A stretch of 64,000 bases of DNA, taken from the NCBI GenBank assembly GCA_948468505.1, contig CAOKJE010000001.1, positions 225 through 64,224 on the forward strand, written 5' to 3'. The translations under genes and the position numbers were made by a program. Below are positions 31,624 to 41,440 of the stretch, piece by piece. Source of the DNA: an uncultured Clostridium sp. (GTDB lineage: Bacteria > Bacillota > Clostridia > TANB77 > CAG-508). The notes under the pieces were generated by a model. That model made no database searches. It was given only the letters and a program-made list of their open reading frames with translations, and had not been told where the DNA came from. How positions within the stretch are numbered: position 1 is the first letter of the stretch; each line of letters starts with the position of its first letter.

Positions 31624-32496
31624 ATGATATTAGAAGAAATAAAAGAAATGTTACCATTTGCTAATAAAATAAAAGTATATGCATTTGTTGGACCATCTGG
31701 AACAGGAAAAAGTTATCGAGCACAAATGGTAGCAGGAGAAAGAAATACCCATTTTATTATAGATGATGGATTGCTAATCAAAGACAATGAAGTAATAGCA
31801 GGAGAATCAGCCAAAAAAGCCTCAACCAAAGTGGCAACTGTTAAACATGCACTTTTTTATGAAGAAGAAGAAAAAGCAGAGATTGTAAAGGCTTTAAAAA
31901 AATATAAACCAGAAAGTATTTTAATTTTAGGAACATCAGATGGAATGGTACAAAAAATCGCAGCTAATCTAGGTTTGCCAGAAATTTTAGAAACCACCTA
32001 TATAACAGACGTTGCAACAGAGGCTGAAATGAAAACAGCAAGAAGAATAAGAGTAACTGAAGGAAAACATGTAATTCCAGTACCTACCTTTGAAATAAAA
32101 AAGGATTTTTCAGGTTATCTATTAGACCCTCTTCAAATCTTTAAATCAAAAGGAAAAGGAGAAAAGCCTTACATATCTGAAAAATCAATCATAAGACCAA
32201 CCTTTAGCTATATGGGACGATTCACCATTTCCGATTTAGTATTTAGGCAAATTGTAGAATACTTAGCCATACAAACACCAGCCATCTATAAAATTCTAAA
32301 AACGAGAGTAGAAAACTATGGAGATGGTGCTAAAATCTATATGGAAGTCACCATTATGTATGGTTATAATGTAATGGATGGTTTAAGAGACTTTAAACAA
32401 AAGGCTAAAAAAGAAATTGAAAAGCTAACAGCCATGAATGTAGAAGAATTAGATGTAGTTGCCAAAAACATCTATGTACCAGAAAACAGGGATTAG
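31624..32496 (+). CDS. P-loop NTPase domain fused to an Asp23/Gls24-family domain
   Basis: N-terminal Walker A GPSGTGKS. The C-terminal ~110 aa (TISDLVFRQIVEYLA...GAKIYMEVTIMYGYNVMD...) have the Asp23 (alkaline shock protein) pattern. Confidence 0.5.
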   Translation: MILEEIKEMLPFANKIKVYAFVGPSGTGKSYRAQMVAGERNTHFIIDDGLLIKDNEVIAGESAKKASTKVATVKHALFYEEEEKAEIVKALKKYKPESILILGTSDGMVQKIAANLGLPEILETTYITDVATEAEMKTARRIRVTEGKHVIPVPTFEIKKDFSGYLLDPLQIFKSKGKGEKPYISEKSIIRPTFSYMGRFTISDLVFRQIVEYLAIQTPAIYKILKTRVENYGDGAKIYMEVTIMYGYNVMDGLRDFKQKAKKEIEKLTAMNVEELDVVAKNIYVPENRD

Positions 32497-32510
32497 AGGG
32501 GACGCCCTTG
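32489..32510. repeat. GGGGACG-family motif
   Basis: gggattagaggggacgccc inside a 45 nt GC-rich island between the 31624 gene and cmk. Confidence 0.45.
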
Positions 32511-32569
32511 GCTGTGCGAACGTTGAGTGGGCTTACAGATAAGTAATACCTTAAATATAGGAGGCAAAG

Positions 32570-33235
32570 ATGTCATTTATTATTGCAATTGATGGACCAG
32601 CAGGCGCTGGAAAAGGAACTATTACCAAGCAAGTAGGAGAAAAATTAGAATTAATAAACATTGATACAGGAGCCATGTTTCGCTGTGTTACTTTAAGAAT
32701 ATGGCAAGAAGGAATTGAAATTGAAAACGAAAAAGCAATTCAAAACCTGTTAGAAACCATTGAAATTGAAATAAAAGAAAATGGAGAAGTTTTCTTAAAC
32801 GGAAAAAACGTAACCAAAAAAATAAGAGAAAACGAAGTAAACAACATGGTTTCACCAGTATCTGTCATTCCACAGGTAAGACAAAAACTATTAAACTTAC
32901 AAAGAAAAATGGCCAACGGAAAAAACGTCATCATGGAAGGAAGAGATATTGGAACAGTTGTGTTTCCGAATGCTGACGTTAAGATTTATTTAGATGCAAC
33001 CCCAGAAGAAAGAGCAAGAAGAAGAGTAAAGCAAAATCAAGAAAAAGGAATAAAATGCTCCTATGAAGAAGTATTGCAAGGAATACTAGATAGAGATAAA
33101 AGAGATTCTAGCAGAGAAGTGGCACCACTAAAACGTGCGGAAGATGCTATCTATATTGATTCAAGTGATATGTCAATAGAAGAAGTATCAAACCAAATAA
33201 TAAAACTGGCACAGGAAAAAATGGCAAACAATTAA
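32570..33235 (+). CDS. cmk: Cytidylate kinase
   Basis: IAIDGPAGAGKGT P-loop and cytidylate kinase length. Confidence 0.85.
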   Translation: MSFIIAIDGPAGAGKGTITKQVGEKLELINIDTGAMFRCVTLRIWQEGIEIENEKAIQNLLETIEIEIKENGEVFLNGKNVTKKIRENEVNNMVSPVSVIPQVRQKLLNLQRKMANGKNVIMEGRDIGTVVFPNADVKIYLDATPEERARRRVKQNQEKGIKCSYEEVLQGILDRDKRDSSREVAPLKRAEDAIYIDSSDMSIEEVSNQIIKLAQEKMANN

Positions 33236-33286
33236 GAGTATTCATTTTAAAACCATAATGAACAACAAAAAGAAGGGAGAGGGAAA

Positions 33287-33872
33287 ATGAAAAAGTTAAT
33301 CAAATGGATTGTAAGAGGTGCCATCTATCTATGGTGTAAAATCTATTATAGGGCCCAAATCAAAGGACTAGAAAACATACCAAAAGAAGGACCACTTATC
33401 TTTTGTGGAAACCATAGAACCTATTTAGATCCACCATTAATGGTATGCACTGCCAAAAGAGATATGCGTTTTTTAGCCAAAGACGAGCTAGCCCAAAATC
33501 CATTTTTAAATTTCTTAGGAAATGTATTTGATGCCATCCATGTAAAAAGAGACGAAAAAGATGTAACAGCCATAAAAGAGTCATTAAAAGCACTAAAAAA
33601 CGGACAATGTATCGCTCTATTTCCAGAAGGAACCAGAAATGGCTTAGAAAAAGGAGAAAAAATAAAAGATGGTGTTGCTTTCTTTGCGGTAAGAAGCGGT
33701 GCTAAAGTAGTACCATGTGGAATTAAAGGTCGGAACAAAAGAAAATCGAAAAGTTACCATTACTTATGGAAAACCATTAGATTATAGCCAATATAAAGGA
33801 AGTAAAGACAAAGAAGTTTTAGAAAACATCACAAATGAAATCATGCAAAACATCATGGAGCTAGCAAAATAA
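33287..33872 (+). CDS. plsC: 1-acyl-sn-glycerol-3-phosphate acyltransferase PlsC, one CGG recoding site (33731)
   Basis: HRTYLD (HxxxxD) and FPEGTR motifs. At ggt-CGG-aac the +1 frame gives GIKGGTKENRKVTITYGKPLDYSQYKG...MELAK-stop. Confidence 0.75.
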
Positions 33873-33979
33873 GAATAGAAAGAAATTATGAAAACAATGA
33901 CACAGAAAAAACCTTCAAAACAATTGAAAACAAACTTTTTCTCGAATATAATAAAAAACAAAAGATAGGAGAATAAAGA

Positions 33980-35473
33980 ATGAAAAAAGAAAGCAACAAA
34001 CCAAATGGTATCACGCTAATCACACTAGTAATCACAATCATTGTATTACTAATATTAGCAGGAGTATCATTAGCAACCTTAACAGGGCAAAACGGTATCT
34101 TAACAAAAGCAACAACAGCAAAGGAAGAAACAAAAAAAGCAGACTATATAGAAAACTTAGAAATCATAGGACTAAGTTTACAACGAAAAAAAGATATAAA
34201 TAATTGGAACAACCAAATCTATATGAATGAATACGAGCAAGAAATAAAACAAGACCAAATGTTTCAAAAAGCACAAAAAATAGAACAGCTAGAAGATATA
34301 GAAGAAATAAAAATTCAGGTAATAACGCAAGAAGGATGGATATTTTTAGTAACAGAAAATAATATAGTACAACTAGAAGAAATAGTGAAAACAGAACCAA
34401 CACAAATACATGTAGCATTAATTGGAGATACACTAAAATTTTTTGACACAGAAGAAGGAGCAACAACAGAAGTAGCAATTGCGAAAGAAAATGGAGTAAC
34501 AACAGCTAAATATTATGGAAATATACAAGAAGAAACATTTAGTAGAGCAGAAGATACTGGAAAAGTAAATACACCATGGAACGAAGAACTTACCATGATA
34601 AAAGCAGTAGAATTTGTAAATGAAATAAGACCAACCAATTCATCTTGTTATTTTGCAGATATGACAGAATTAACTCAAATAAGAAATATAGAAAACCTAA
34701 AAACTGCGAAAATAACAAGTATGGCTCGAATGTTTGAAGGATGTAGTAGCTTAGTAACATTAGATGTATCAAAATTTAATACAAAAAATGTAACAAGCAT
34801 GGCATACCTATTTAAGGAATGTAATAAAATAACAAATTTAAATTTAACCAATTTTAATACCAGCCAAGTAACAAATATGCAAGGCATGTTTAAAAATTGC
34901 GAAAACTTAACAAATTTGAACGTGTCAAAATTTAACACTGAAAATGTAATAAGTATGTTAGATATGTTTCAAGGCTGTAAGAATTTAGAGACATTAAATG
35001 TATCGAATTTTAACACCAAAAACGTAACAGATATGCAATACGTGTTTGATGGCTGTGAAAATTTGAAAACACTGGACTTATCAAATTTTGATACATCTAA
35101 TGTAAACTATATGGTGGCTACATTTAGAAATTGCAAAAGATTACAAAAATTGGATTTAAAAAATTTTGATACAAGCAATGTTACTACTTTAGGAAGTATG
35201 TTTCTAGGGTGTACCGAATTAAAAGAACTTTATTGTAATAATTTTACCATAAAAGATAATGCTTGGGTAGGGGACATGTTTAATAACTTAGGAAAATTAG
35301 AAAAGTTAAATATAAGTAAATTTAATTTAGAAAATCATACAGGAGAAAAAAATTTCATTTTCTATCTAATGCGAAAAGAAGTTGAAATAACAACTAACCA
35401 AAAAATGAAAACATGGTTAGAGAATTACTCTGAAAATGCATATAAATTTACTAACATAATAACAATCGATTAA
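33980..35473 (+). CDS. Pilin-like (class-III-signal-like) N-terminus fused to DUF285 / BspA-type LRR surface repeats
   Basis: N-terminus KPNGITLITLVITIIVLLILAGVSLATLTGQNGILTKA is near-identical to that of the 19046 gene. The C-terminal half has ≥8 FNT(K/S)NVT(S/D)M..MF(K/Q)(E/N)C repeats. Confidence 0.6.
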   Translation: MKKESNKPNGITLITLVITIIVLLILAGVSLATLTGQNGILTKATTAKEETKKADYIENLEIIGLSLQRKKDINNWNNQIYMNEYEQEIKQDQMFQKAQKIEQLEDIEEIKIQVITQEGWIFLVTENNIVQLEEIVKTEPTQIHVALIGDTLKFFDTEEGATTEVAIAKENGVTTAKYYGNIQEETFSRAEDTGKVNTPWNEELTMIKAVEFVNEIRPTNSSCYFADMTELTQIRNIENLKTAKITSMARMFEGCSSLVTLDVSKFNTKNVTSMAYLFKECNKITNLNLTNFNTSQVTNMQGMFKNCENLTNLNVSKFNTENVISMLDMFQGCKNLETLNVSNFNTKNVTDMQYVFDGCENLKTLDLSNFDTSNVNYMVATFRNCKRLQKLDLKNFDTSNVTTLGSMFLGCTELKELYCNNFTIKDNAWVGDMFNNLGKLEKLNISKFNLENHTGEKNFIFYLMRKEVEITTNQKMKTWLENYSENAYKFTNIITID

Positions 35474-35568
35474 AAAAATATCCTAGTGTATCATAACTAG
35501 GATATTTTAATCGTGTTTGACAAAAACAGAAAAAAGATGTATAATTTTATATGTTTTTAAGAGAAAAG

Positions 35569-35598
35569 GGATTTTGGGGACGTTCCTTAAAATCCCTA
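35569..35598. repeat. GGGGACG-family hairpin motif upstream of the typA RBS
   Basis: gggatttt-ggggacgttcctt-aaaatccc. Confidence 0.55.
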
Positions 35599-35614
35599 AA
35601 AAAGGAGTAAAAAA

Positions 35615-37429
35615 ATGAACAATCAAAATATTAGAAACATTGCAATTATTGCACACGTAGACCATGGGAAAACTACACTAGTAGATGCACTACTAAGACA
35701 AAGTCATATTTTTAGAGAAAACGAGCAGGTACAAGAAAGAATCATGGATTCCAACGATCAAGAAAAAGAAAGGGGAATTACTATACTTTCCAAAAATACT
35801 TCTGTTATGCATGGGGATGTTAAAATTAATATTGTAGATACCCCAGGGCATGCTGACTTTGGAGGAGAAGTAGAAAGAGTTTTAAAAACGGTTGATGGTG
35901 TTTTACTTTTAGTAGATGCCTTTGAAGGTGCTATGCCTCAAACAAGAGAAGTTTTGAAAAAGTCTTTAGCATTAGGGTTAAAACCAATTGTAGTTATTAA
36001 TAAAATTGATAGACCAGGAGCAACACCTGAAAAGGTAGTTGACCAAGTAATTGAATTATTTATCGAATTAGATGCTAGTGACGAACAACTGGATTTTCCA
36101 GTTGTATATGCATCAGCTAAAAATGGAATTGCGAAAATGGAATTAAATGACGAAACAGAAGACCTAAGTTGTTTATTTGAAACCATGATAAAAACAATCA
36201 AAGCACCAGATTGTGATGAAGAAGGACCAGCCCAAATGTTAGTATCTAACATTGATTATGATGATTATGTTGGAAGAATTGCCGTTGGTAGAGTAGAAAG
36301 AGGAGTTATCACAACAGGTATGCCAGTATCGATTTGTGGAAAAGAAGACAAAATTACACAAGGAAGAATTGCAAAAGTTTATACTCATGTGGGACTAAAT
36401 AAAGTAGAAGTAGAAGAAGGAAAAGCAGGAGATATCATAGAACTTGCAGGACTTCCAGACATCAATATAGGAGACACTATCTGTGATTTTAATAACCCAG
36501 AAAAAATCCCTTTTGTAGATATTGACGAGCCAACGGTTTCTATGACATTTAGTGTAAACAATGGACCATTTGCTGGAAAAGAAGGGCAATTCATTACTTC
36601 AAGACATATTAGAGACAGATTGTTCAAAGAATTAGAAAGAAATGTATCTTTAAGAGTAAAAGAAACAGACACACCAGATTCTTTTGAAGTATCAGGAAGA
36701 GGAGAATTACACTTATCTGTATTAATTGAAACCATGAGAAGAGAAGGGTTTGAGCTTTTAGTATCAAGACCAAAAGTAATTATCAAAGAAATCGATGGTG
36801 TAAAATCAGAACCAATCGAAAGCTTAGTCGTAAATGTTCCAGACGATTGCGTAGGAAATGTAATTGAAAAATTAGGAAGAAGAAAAGCCGAAATGGTAAA
36901 CATGGAGCCAGCCGAAGCTGGTCACACCAAAATAGAGTTTAAAATCCCAGCAAGAGGATTAATTGGCTATCGTACAGAATTCTTAACAGACACCAAAGGA
37001 GAAGGCACTATGAATCACATTTTTGACTCTTATCAACCATTTAAAGGTGATATTCAAGCTAGAGTTAGAGGAACCATTGTTGCCTTTGAAAATGGAAAAT
37101 CTGTAACTTATGGATTATATAATGCGCAAGATAAGGGAGAATTATTTATTGGACCAGGTGTAGAAGTGTATGAGGGAATGATTGTTGGACTTAATTCAAG
37201 GGGAGAGGATTTGGCAATTAATGTATGTAAAGAAAAACACTTAACCAATACTAGAGCTTCTGGTTCAGACGATGCACTTCGCTTAGTTCCTCCAATTCAA
37301 ATGTCACTAGAAAAAGCAATTGAGTTTATTCAAGATGATGAGCTAGTGGAAGTTACACCAGAGTCTATTCGTCTAAGAAAGAAGATTTTAGATAGTAAAG
37401 AAAGAGAAAGAGCAAATAGGAATAAATAA
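35615..37429 (+). CDS. typA: Translational GTPase TypA/BipA
   Basis: G1 [10 protein letters not shown]3 DTPGH, G4 NKID, and EF-G-like domains, in an intact 604 aa ORF with no in-frame CGG. Confidence 0.9.
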   Translation: MNNQNIRNIAIIAHVDHGKTTLVDALLRQSHIFRENEQVQERIMDSNDQEKERGITILSKNTSVMHGDVKINIVDTPGHADFGGEVERVLKTVDGVLLLVDAFEGAMPQTREVLKKSLALGLKPIVVINKIDRPGATPEKVVDQVIELFIELDASDEQLDFPVVYASAKNGIAKMELNDETEDLSCLFETMIKTIKAPDCDEEGPAQMLVSNIDYDDYVGRIAVGRVERGVITTGMPVSICGKEDKITQGRIAKVYTHVGLNKVEVEEGKAGDIIELAGLPDINIGDTICDFNNPEKIPFVDIDEPTVSMTFSVNNGPFAGKEGQFITSRHIRDRLFKELERNVSLRVKETDTPDSFEVSGRGELHLSVLIETMRREGFELLVSRPKVIIKEIDGVKSEPIESLVVNVPDDCVGNVIEKLGRRKAEMVNMEPAEAGHTKIEFKIPARGLIGYRTEFLTDTKGEGTMNHIFDSYQPFKGDIQARVRGTIVAFENGKSVTYGLYNAQDKGELFIGPGVEVYEGMIVGLNSRGEDLAINVCKEKHLTNTRASGSDDALRLVPPIQMSLEKAIEFIQDDELVEVTPESIRLRKKILDSKERERANRNK

Positions 37430-37533
37430 GACTTATTTTTAATGATTGACATAGAAAGGAAATAATGTAAAATTGGGAAGAAGAAAGTTTGATACAAAAC
37501 CAGAAAATAGTATAAAGGAAGAAGAACAAGAAA

Positions 37534-38131
37534 TTGAATAGCAAAGAATTAGAAAAAATAAAACAAAAAGCTTTAGAAGACCACATACCAATTATCATGG
37601 ATGACACCTTAGAAGTAATGGCCAAATATTTAAACAAAAAAAAGCCAGAAAAAATCTTAGAAATAGGAACAGCAGTGCGGATATTCAGCCATGTGTTTTA
37701 CTAGTTTTCTAAGCCCAAATGGTAGAATTGATACCATAGAAAGAGAAAAAGAAAGAGTAGAAGAAGCAAAAGAAAATATAAAAAGAGTAGGAGTAGAGGA
37801 TGAAATTCAAATATACGAAGGAGATGCCGTTGAAATTCTACCTACTTTAAGTGAGCAATATGATGTTGTTTTTATTGATGCAGCAAAAGGAAAATACCCA
37901 TTTTTCTTAAAAGAGGCTCTAAGAATGATAAAACCAAATGGTATTATTTTTGCTGATAATATTTTGTATAAAGGCTATGTTTTAAGCGATTATAATAAGC
38001 ATAAGCAACGTACAGCGGTTAGGAATTTACGTGAATATATTAAAGCTGTTAGCGAAAATCCAAAATTAGAAACTGAAATTTTAGAGGTGGGAGACGGATT
38101 GGCTGTTAGTCAAATAAAAGAAAAATGCTAG
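37534..38131 (+). CDS. Class I SAM-dependent O-methyltransferase (YrrM/caffeoyl-CoA OMT-like), TTG start, one CGG recoding site (37678)
   Basis: At gtg-CGG-ata the +1 frame restores SAM motif I as ILEIGTAVGYSAMCFTS and continues into the 37691-38131 ORF. Confidence 0.6.
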
Positions 38132-38161
38132 GAGATTAACTCTTAGCATTTTTTAATAATA

Positions 38162-38473
38162 TTATTTTTCTGTATCTTCAGCATTTTCATCTTCAAAGAA
38201 GGAATCGTTTTCGATAGTTTCATCATTATCTTCATCTGGAATTTTATAAACTTCGTCTTCATCATCTAGCATACCATCAATGTCTTCTTCTGACAATTCT
38301 TCATCTTCTTCGGAATTATAATCATAGTCGTAATATTCGTAAGTACTATCATTATAAGTATTAATAATAGCTCTTACAATGAAAAATCCTGCCACTAAAA
38401 TGGCAACAACAATAAAACAAATAAGAAAGATTTTTAGACCAGATTTTTTATTATTTTCTTGTTTGGGTAGCAT
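38162..38473 (-). CDS. Membrane-anchored highly acidic protein
   Basis: N-terminal transmembrane helix LKIFLICFIVVAILVAGFFIV followed by a D/E-rich tail. Confidence 0.4.
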   Translation of the reverse strand: MLPKQENNKKSGLKIFLICFIVVAILVAGFFIVRAIINTYNDSTYEYYDYDYNSEEDEELSEEDIDGMLDDEDEVYKIPDEDNDETIENDSFFEDENAEDTEK

Positions 38474-38685
38474 GTTAAAAGCCTCCTTAAATTTTTTAAT
38501 AATATTATTCTTTTTTCATTATAGCATAAAAATAGGTTAAAAAAAGAAGTTTATAAAAAAGTAATAAAAAAACAATAGAAATGTAATAAAAATGAAACAA
38601 AAGAAAGAAGTTAAAGAGTAGATATAGACATTAAGTAAAAAACAAGATATAATAGGAATATAAAAATTAGTAGAAGGTAGTAGTT

Positions 38686-39162
38686 ATGTTAAAAAAGAAA
38701 GTTTTATTTATATCAAGTACAGGAGGACATTTAAGCGAACTATTGCAATTAGAACCTTTATTTAAAAAATATGATTATCATATCATAACAGAAAAAGATA
38801 AAGTAAATGAAAAGTTAAAAGAAAAATATGGTAACAAACTATATTTTCTACCTTATGGAACAAGAGCAAAACTATTCACATATATTTTCAAATATTTATA
38901 CCTTTGCCTAAAAACAATGTATTTATATTTTAAGTTACGCCCTAAAGTAATCGTAACAACAGGAACCCATACAGCAGGACCAATGTGTTACTTAGGCAAA
39001 ATATTGGGAAGCAAAATAATTTACATAGAAACCTTTGCCAACACCCATAAAAAAACAGCAACAGGAAGACTTATTTACCCAATTGCAGACTTATTTATTG
39101 TACAATGGGAGGAAATGCTTGAGTTATATCCCAAAGCAGTGTATGGAGGTTCGATTTATTAA
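38686..39162 (+). CDS. Alg14-like / PssD/Cps14F-type glycosyltransferase membrane-association subunit
   Basis: VLFISSTGGHLSELLQL N-terminus characteristic of split GT28-like pairs. Confidence 0.55.
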   Translation: MLKKKVLFISSTGGHLSELLQLEPLFKKYDYHIITEKDKVNEKLKEKYGNKLYFLPYGTRAKLFTYIFKYLYLCLKTMYLYFKLRPKVIVTTGTHTAGPMCYLGKILGSKIIYIETFANTHKKTATGRLIYPIADLFIVQWEEMLELYPKAVYGGSIY

Positions 39163-39638
39163 TGATTTTAGTATTATTAGGAACACAAAACAATAGTTTT
39201 TTCCGACTATTAGAAGAAATAGAAAAACTATTACAAAACAAAAAAATAAGCGAAGAAGTAACCGTACAAGCAGGTTACACAAAATTTCAATCCAACAACA
39301 TGAAAATATTAGACTTTATCTCAAAAGAAGAACTAGAAAACTTACTAGAAAAAGCAGATATAGTCATTACCCATGGAGGAGTGGGATCTATTTTGCAAGC
39401 CATAACGAAAAACAAAAAAGTAATAGCTATACCAAGACACCATAAATATGAAGAACATGTCAATGACCATCAAAAAGAAATTGTAGAGCTTTTTCATAAA
39501 AAAGGCTATATAATAGGACTGCAAGAAGTAGAAGAATTAGAACAAGCCATCAAGCAAATAGAAGAATTTAAACCACAAAAATACAAACCAGACAATCACA
39601 AAATGTTAAAAATAATTGAAGACTTCATCGAAAAATGA
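39162..39638 (+). CDS. Alg13-like / PssE/Cps14G-type glycosyltransferase catalytic subunit
   Basis: Its stop overlaps the partner gene's start. ADIVITHGGVGSIL matches the Glyco_tran_28_C pattern. Confidence 0.55.
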   Translation: MILVLLGTQNNSFFRLLEEIEKLLQNKKISEEVTVQAGYTKFQSNNMKILDFISKEELENLLEKADIVITHGGVGSILQAITKNKKVIAIPRHHKYEEHVNDHQKEIVELFHKKGYIIGLQEVEELEQAIKQIEEFKPQKYKPDNHKMLKIIEDFIEK

Positions 39639-39705
39639 CCCATTGGTTCCGGGAATAAATGGGGACATGGCCCACTGGTTCCGGGTTTAAATGGGGACAT
39701 GAAGG
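39639..39705. repeat. Tandem direct repeat (2 x ~33 nt) carrying GGGGACA motifs, upstream of ruvB
   Basis: cccattggttccgggaataaatggggacatgg / cccactggttccgggtttaaatggggacatga. Confidence 0.7.
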
Positions 39706-39741
39706 AAGATAATAGAAAAAGCAAAGGAGGACTTAAAATAA

Positions 39742-40759
39742 ATGGAAGAAGAAAGAATCATGAAGGCAGACTTAGAAAATGCAAGCGAAGAACGATTTGA
39801 AAACACATTAAGGCCAAAAACGCTACAAGAATACATAGGGCAAAACAAAGTTAAAGAAAACATGAAAATATATATAGAAGCTGCCAAAAAAAGAGAAGAA
39901 CCATTAGACCATGTTTTATTATATGGTCCTCCAGGCTTGGGAAAAACCACATTGTCCAATATTATATCAAACGAAATGAATTCCAACATCAAAATAACCT
40001 CAGGACCAGCGATTGAAAAACCAGGAGACTTAGCATCTTTACTAACTAACTTAGCAGAATTTGATGTGTTATTTATTGACGAAATTCATAGATTAAGTAA
40101 AAGTGTAGAAGAAATACTATATCCAGCATTAGAGGACTACACCCTGGATATTATTATTGGAAAAGGACCAAGTGCAAGATCCATACGACTAGATTTACCA
40201 AAATTTACATTAATAGGGGCTACCACAAAAGCAGGAGCGTTATCAACACCATTAAGAGATCGATTTGGGATTGTACATCGATTAGAACTTTATAGTATCG
40301 AAGACTTAACCACAATTGTTAAAAGGTCAAGCAAAATTTTAGAAGTAGAAATTGAAGAAGTAGCAGCCATCGAAATAGCAAGAAGATCAAGAGGAACGCC
40401 AAGAATTGCCAACCGACTATTAAAAAGAGTAAGAGACTATGCCATTGTATTAGGAGATGGAACCATTTCGCTAAAAATCACAAAGCATGCTTTAAACCAA
40501 CTAGAAATTGATGAACTTCGGCTTAGACGAAATTGACCGAAAAATACTAGAAACCATGATTGTTCAATATAGAGGAAGACCAGTTGGAATTGAAGCTTTA
40601 GCAGTAAGTGTAGGAGAAGAAATTGACACCATAGAAGATGTGTATGAGCCATACTTAATACAAATTGGCTTTATGGCAAGAACCTTACGAGGAAGACAAG
40701 CCTTACCACCTGCCTATAAGCATTTAGGATATGAATGTGAAATGGGAGACGGTTCTTAA
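39742..40759 (+). CDS. ruvB: Holliday junction helicase RuvB, one CGG recoding site (40519)
   Basis: Walker [10 protein letters not shown] and Walker B FIDEIHRL. At ctt-CGG-ctt the +1 frame gives [20 protein letters not shown]... and continues to 40759. Confidence 0.85.
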
Positions 40760-40767
40760 TTCACATA

Positions 40768-40798
40768 GCGGATTTTGGGGACGGAGGAAAAAATCATG
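40768..40798. repeat. Half-copy of the palindromic element, supplying the RBS and ATG of the next gene
   Basis: gattttggggacggaggaaaaaatcATG matches the left arm of elements A and B, and the ATG is the start of the 40796 gene. Confidence 0.7.
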
Positions 40799-41338
40799 AA
40801 GTTATTATTACATACTTGTTGTGCACCATGTAGCATATATTGTATTGACAGCCTAAGACAAGAAGGTATTGAACCAACTATATATTGGTTTAATCCTAAC
40901 ATACACCCATACATGGAGTATAAACAAAGAAGAGACTGCTTAAAAGAATATACAAAAATGATAGAGGTAGAAGCCATTTTTGAAGAAAATTATGGCTTAC
41001 AAGAGTTTTGTAAAAAGACAATAGAAGATTTAAATAATCGTTGTCAAAATTATTGTTATCCTGTTCGCTTAGAGCAAACTGCCAAATATGCGAAAGAAAA
41101 TGGCTATGATAGTTTCACAACAACATTGCTAGTTAGTCCCTATCAAAACCATGAAATGTTGATTAAAGTAGGAAAAGAAATGGCGAAAAAATATGGAATA
41201 GAATTTTTGTATCGTGACTTTAGAGTAGGATTTCGAGAAGGGCAAACAAAAGCAAGAGAACTAGGACTTTATATGCAAAAGTACTGTGGCTGTGTTTTTT
41301 CAGAAGAGGATAGGTATTTACATGCCAAAAGAAAATAG
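40796..41338 (+). CDS. queH: Epoxyqueuosine reductase QueH (DUF208)
   Basis: Conserved Cys pattern (MKLLLHTCCAPCS ... CQNYC ... YCGC) and size. Confidence 0.6.
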   Translation: MKLLLHTCCAPCSIYCIDSLRQEGIEPTIYWFNPNIHPYMEYKQRRDCLKEYTKMIEVEAIFEENYGLQEFCKKTIEDLNNRCQNYCYPVRLEQTAKYAKENGYDSFTTTLLVSPYQNHEMLIKVGKEMAKKYGIEFLYRDFRVGFREGQTKARELGLYMQKYCGCVFSEEDRYLHAKRK

Positions 41339-41440
41339 ATTACAGTTTCAATCTGTCTTGAACATAAGAATAAATAACCACAATAAAAATAAATGGTCAA
41401 GTTGTACCTGTTCCACCTTAGCCATAGAAGGAGATAAAAA

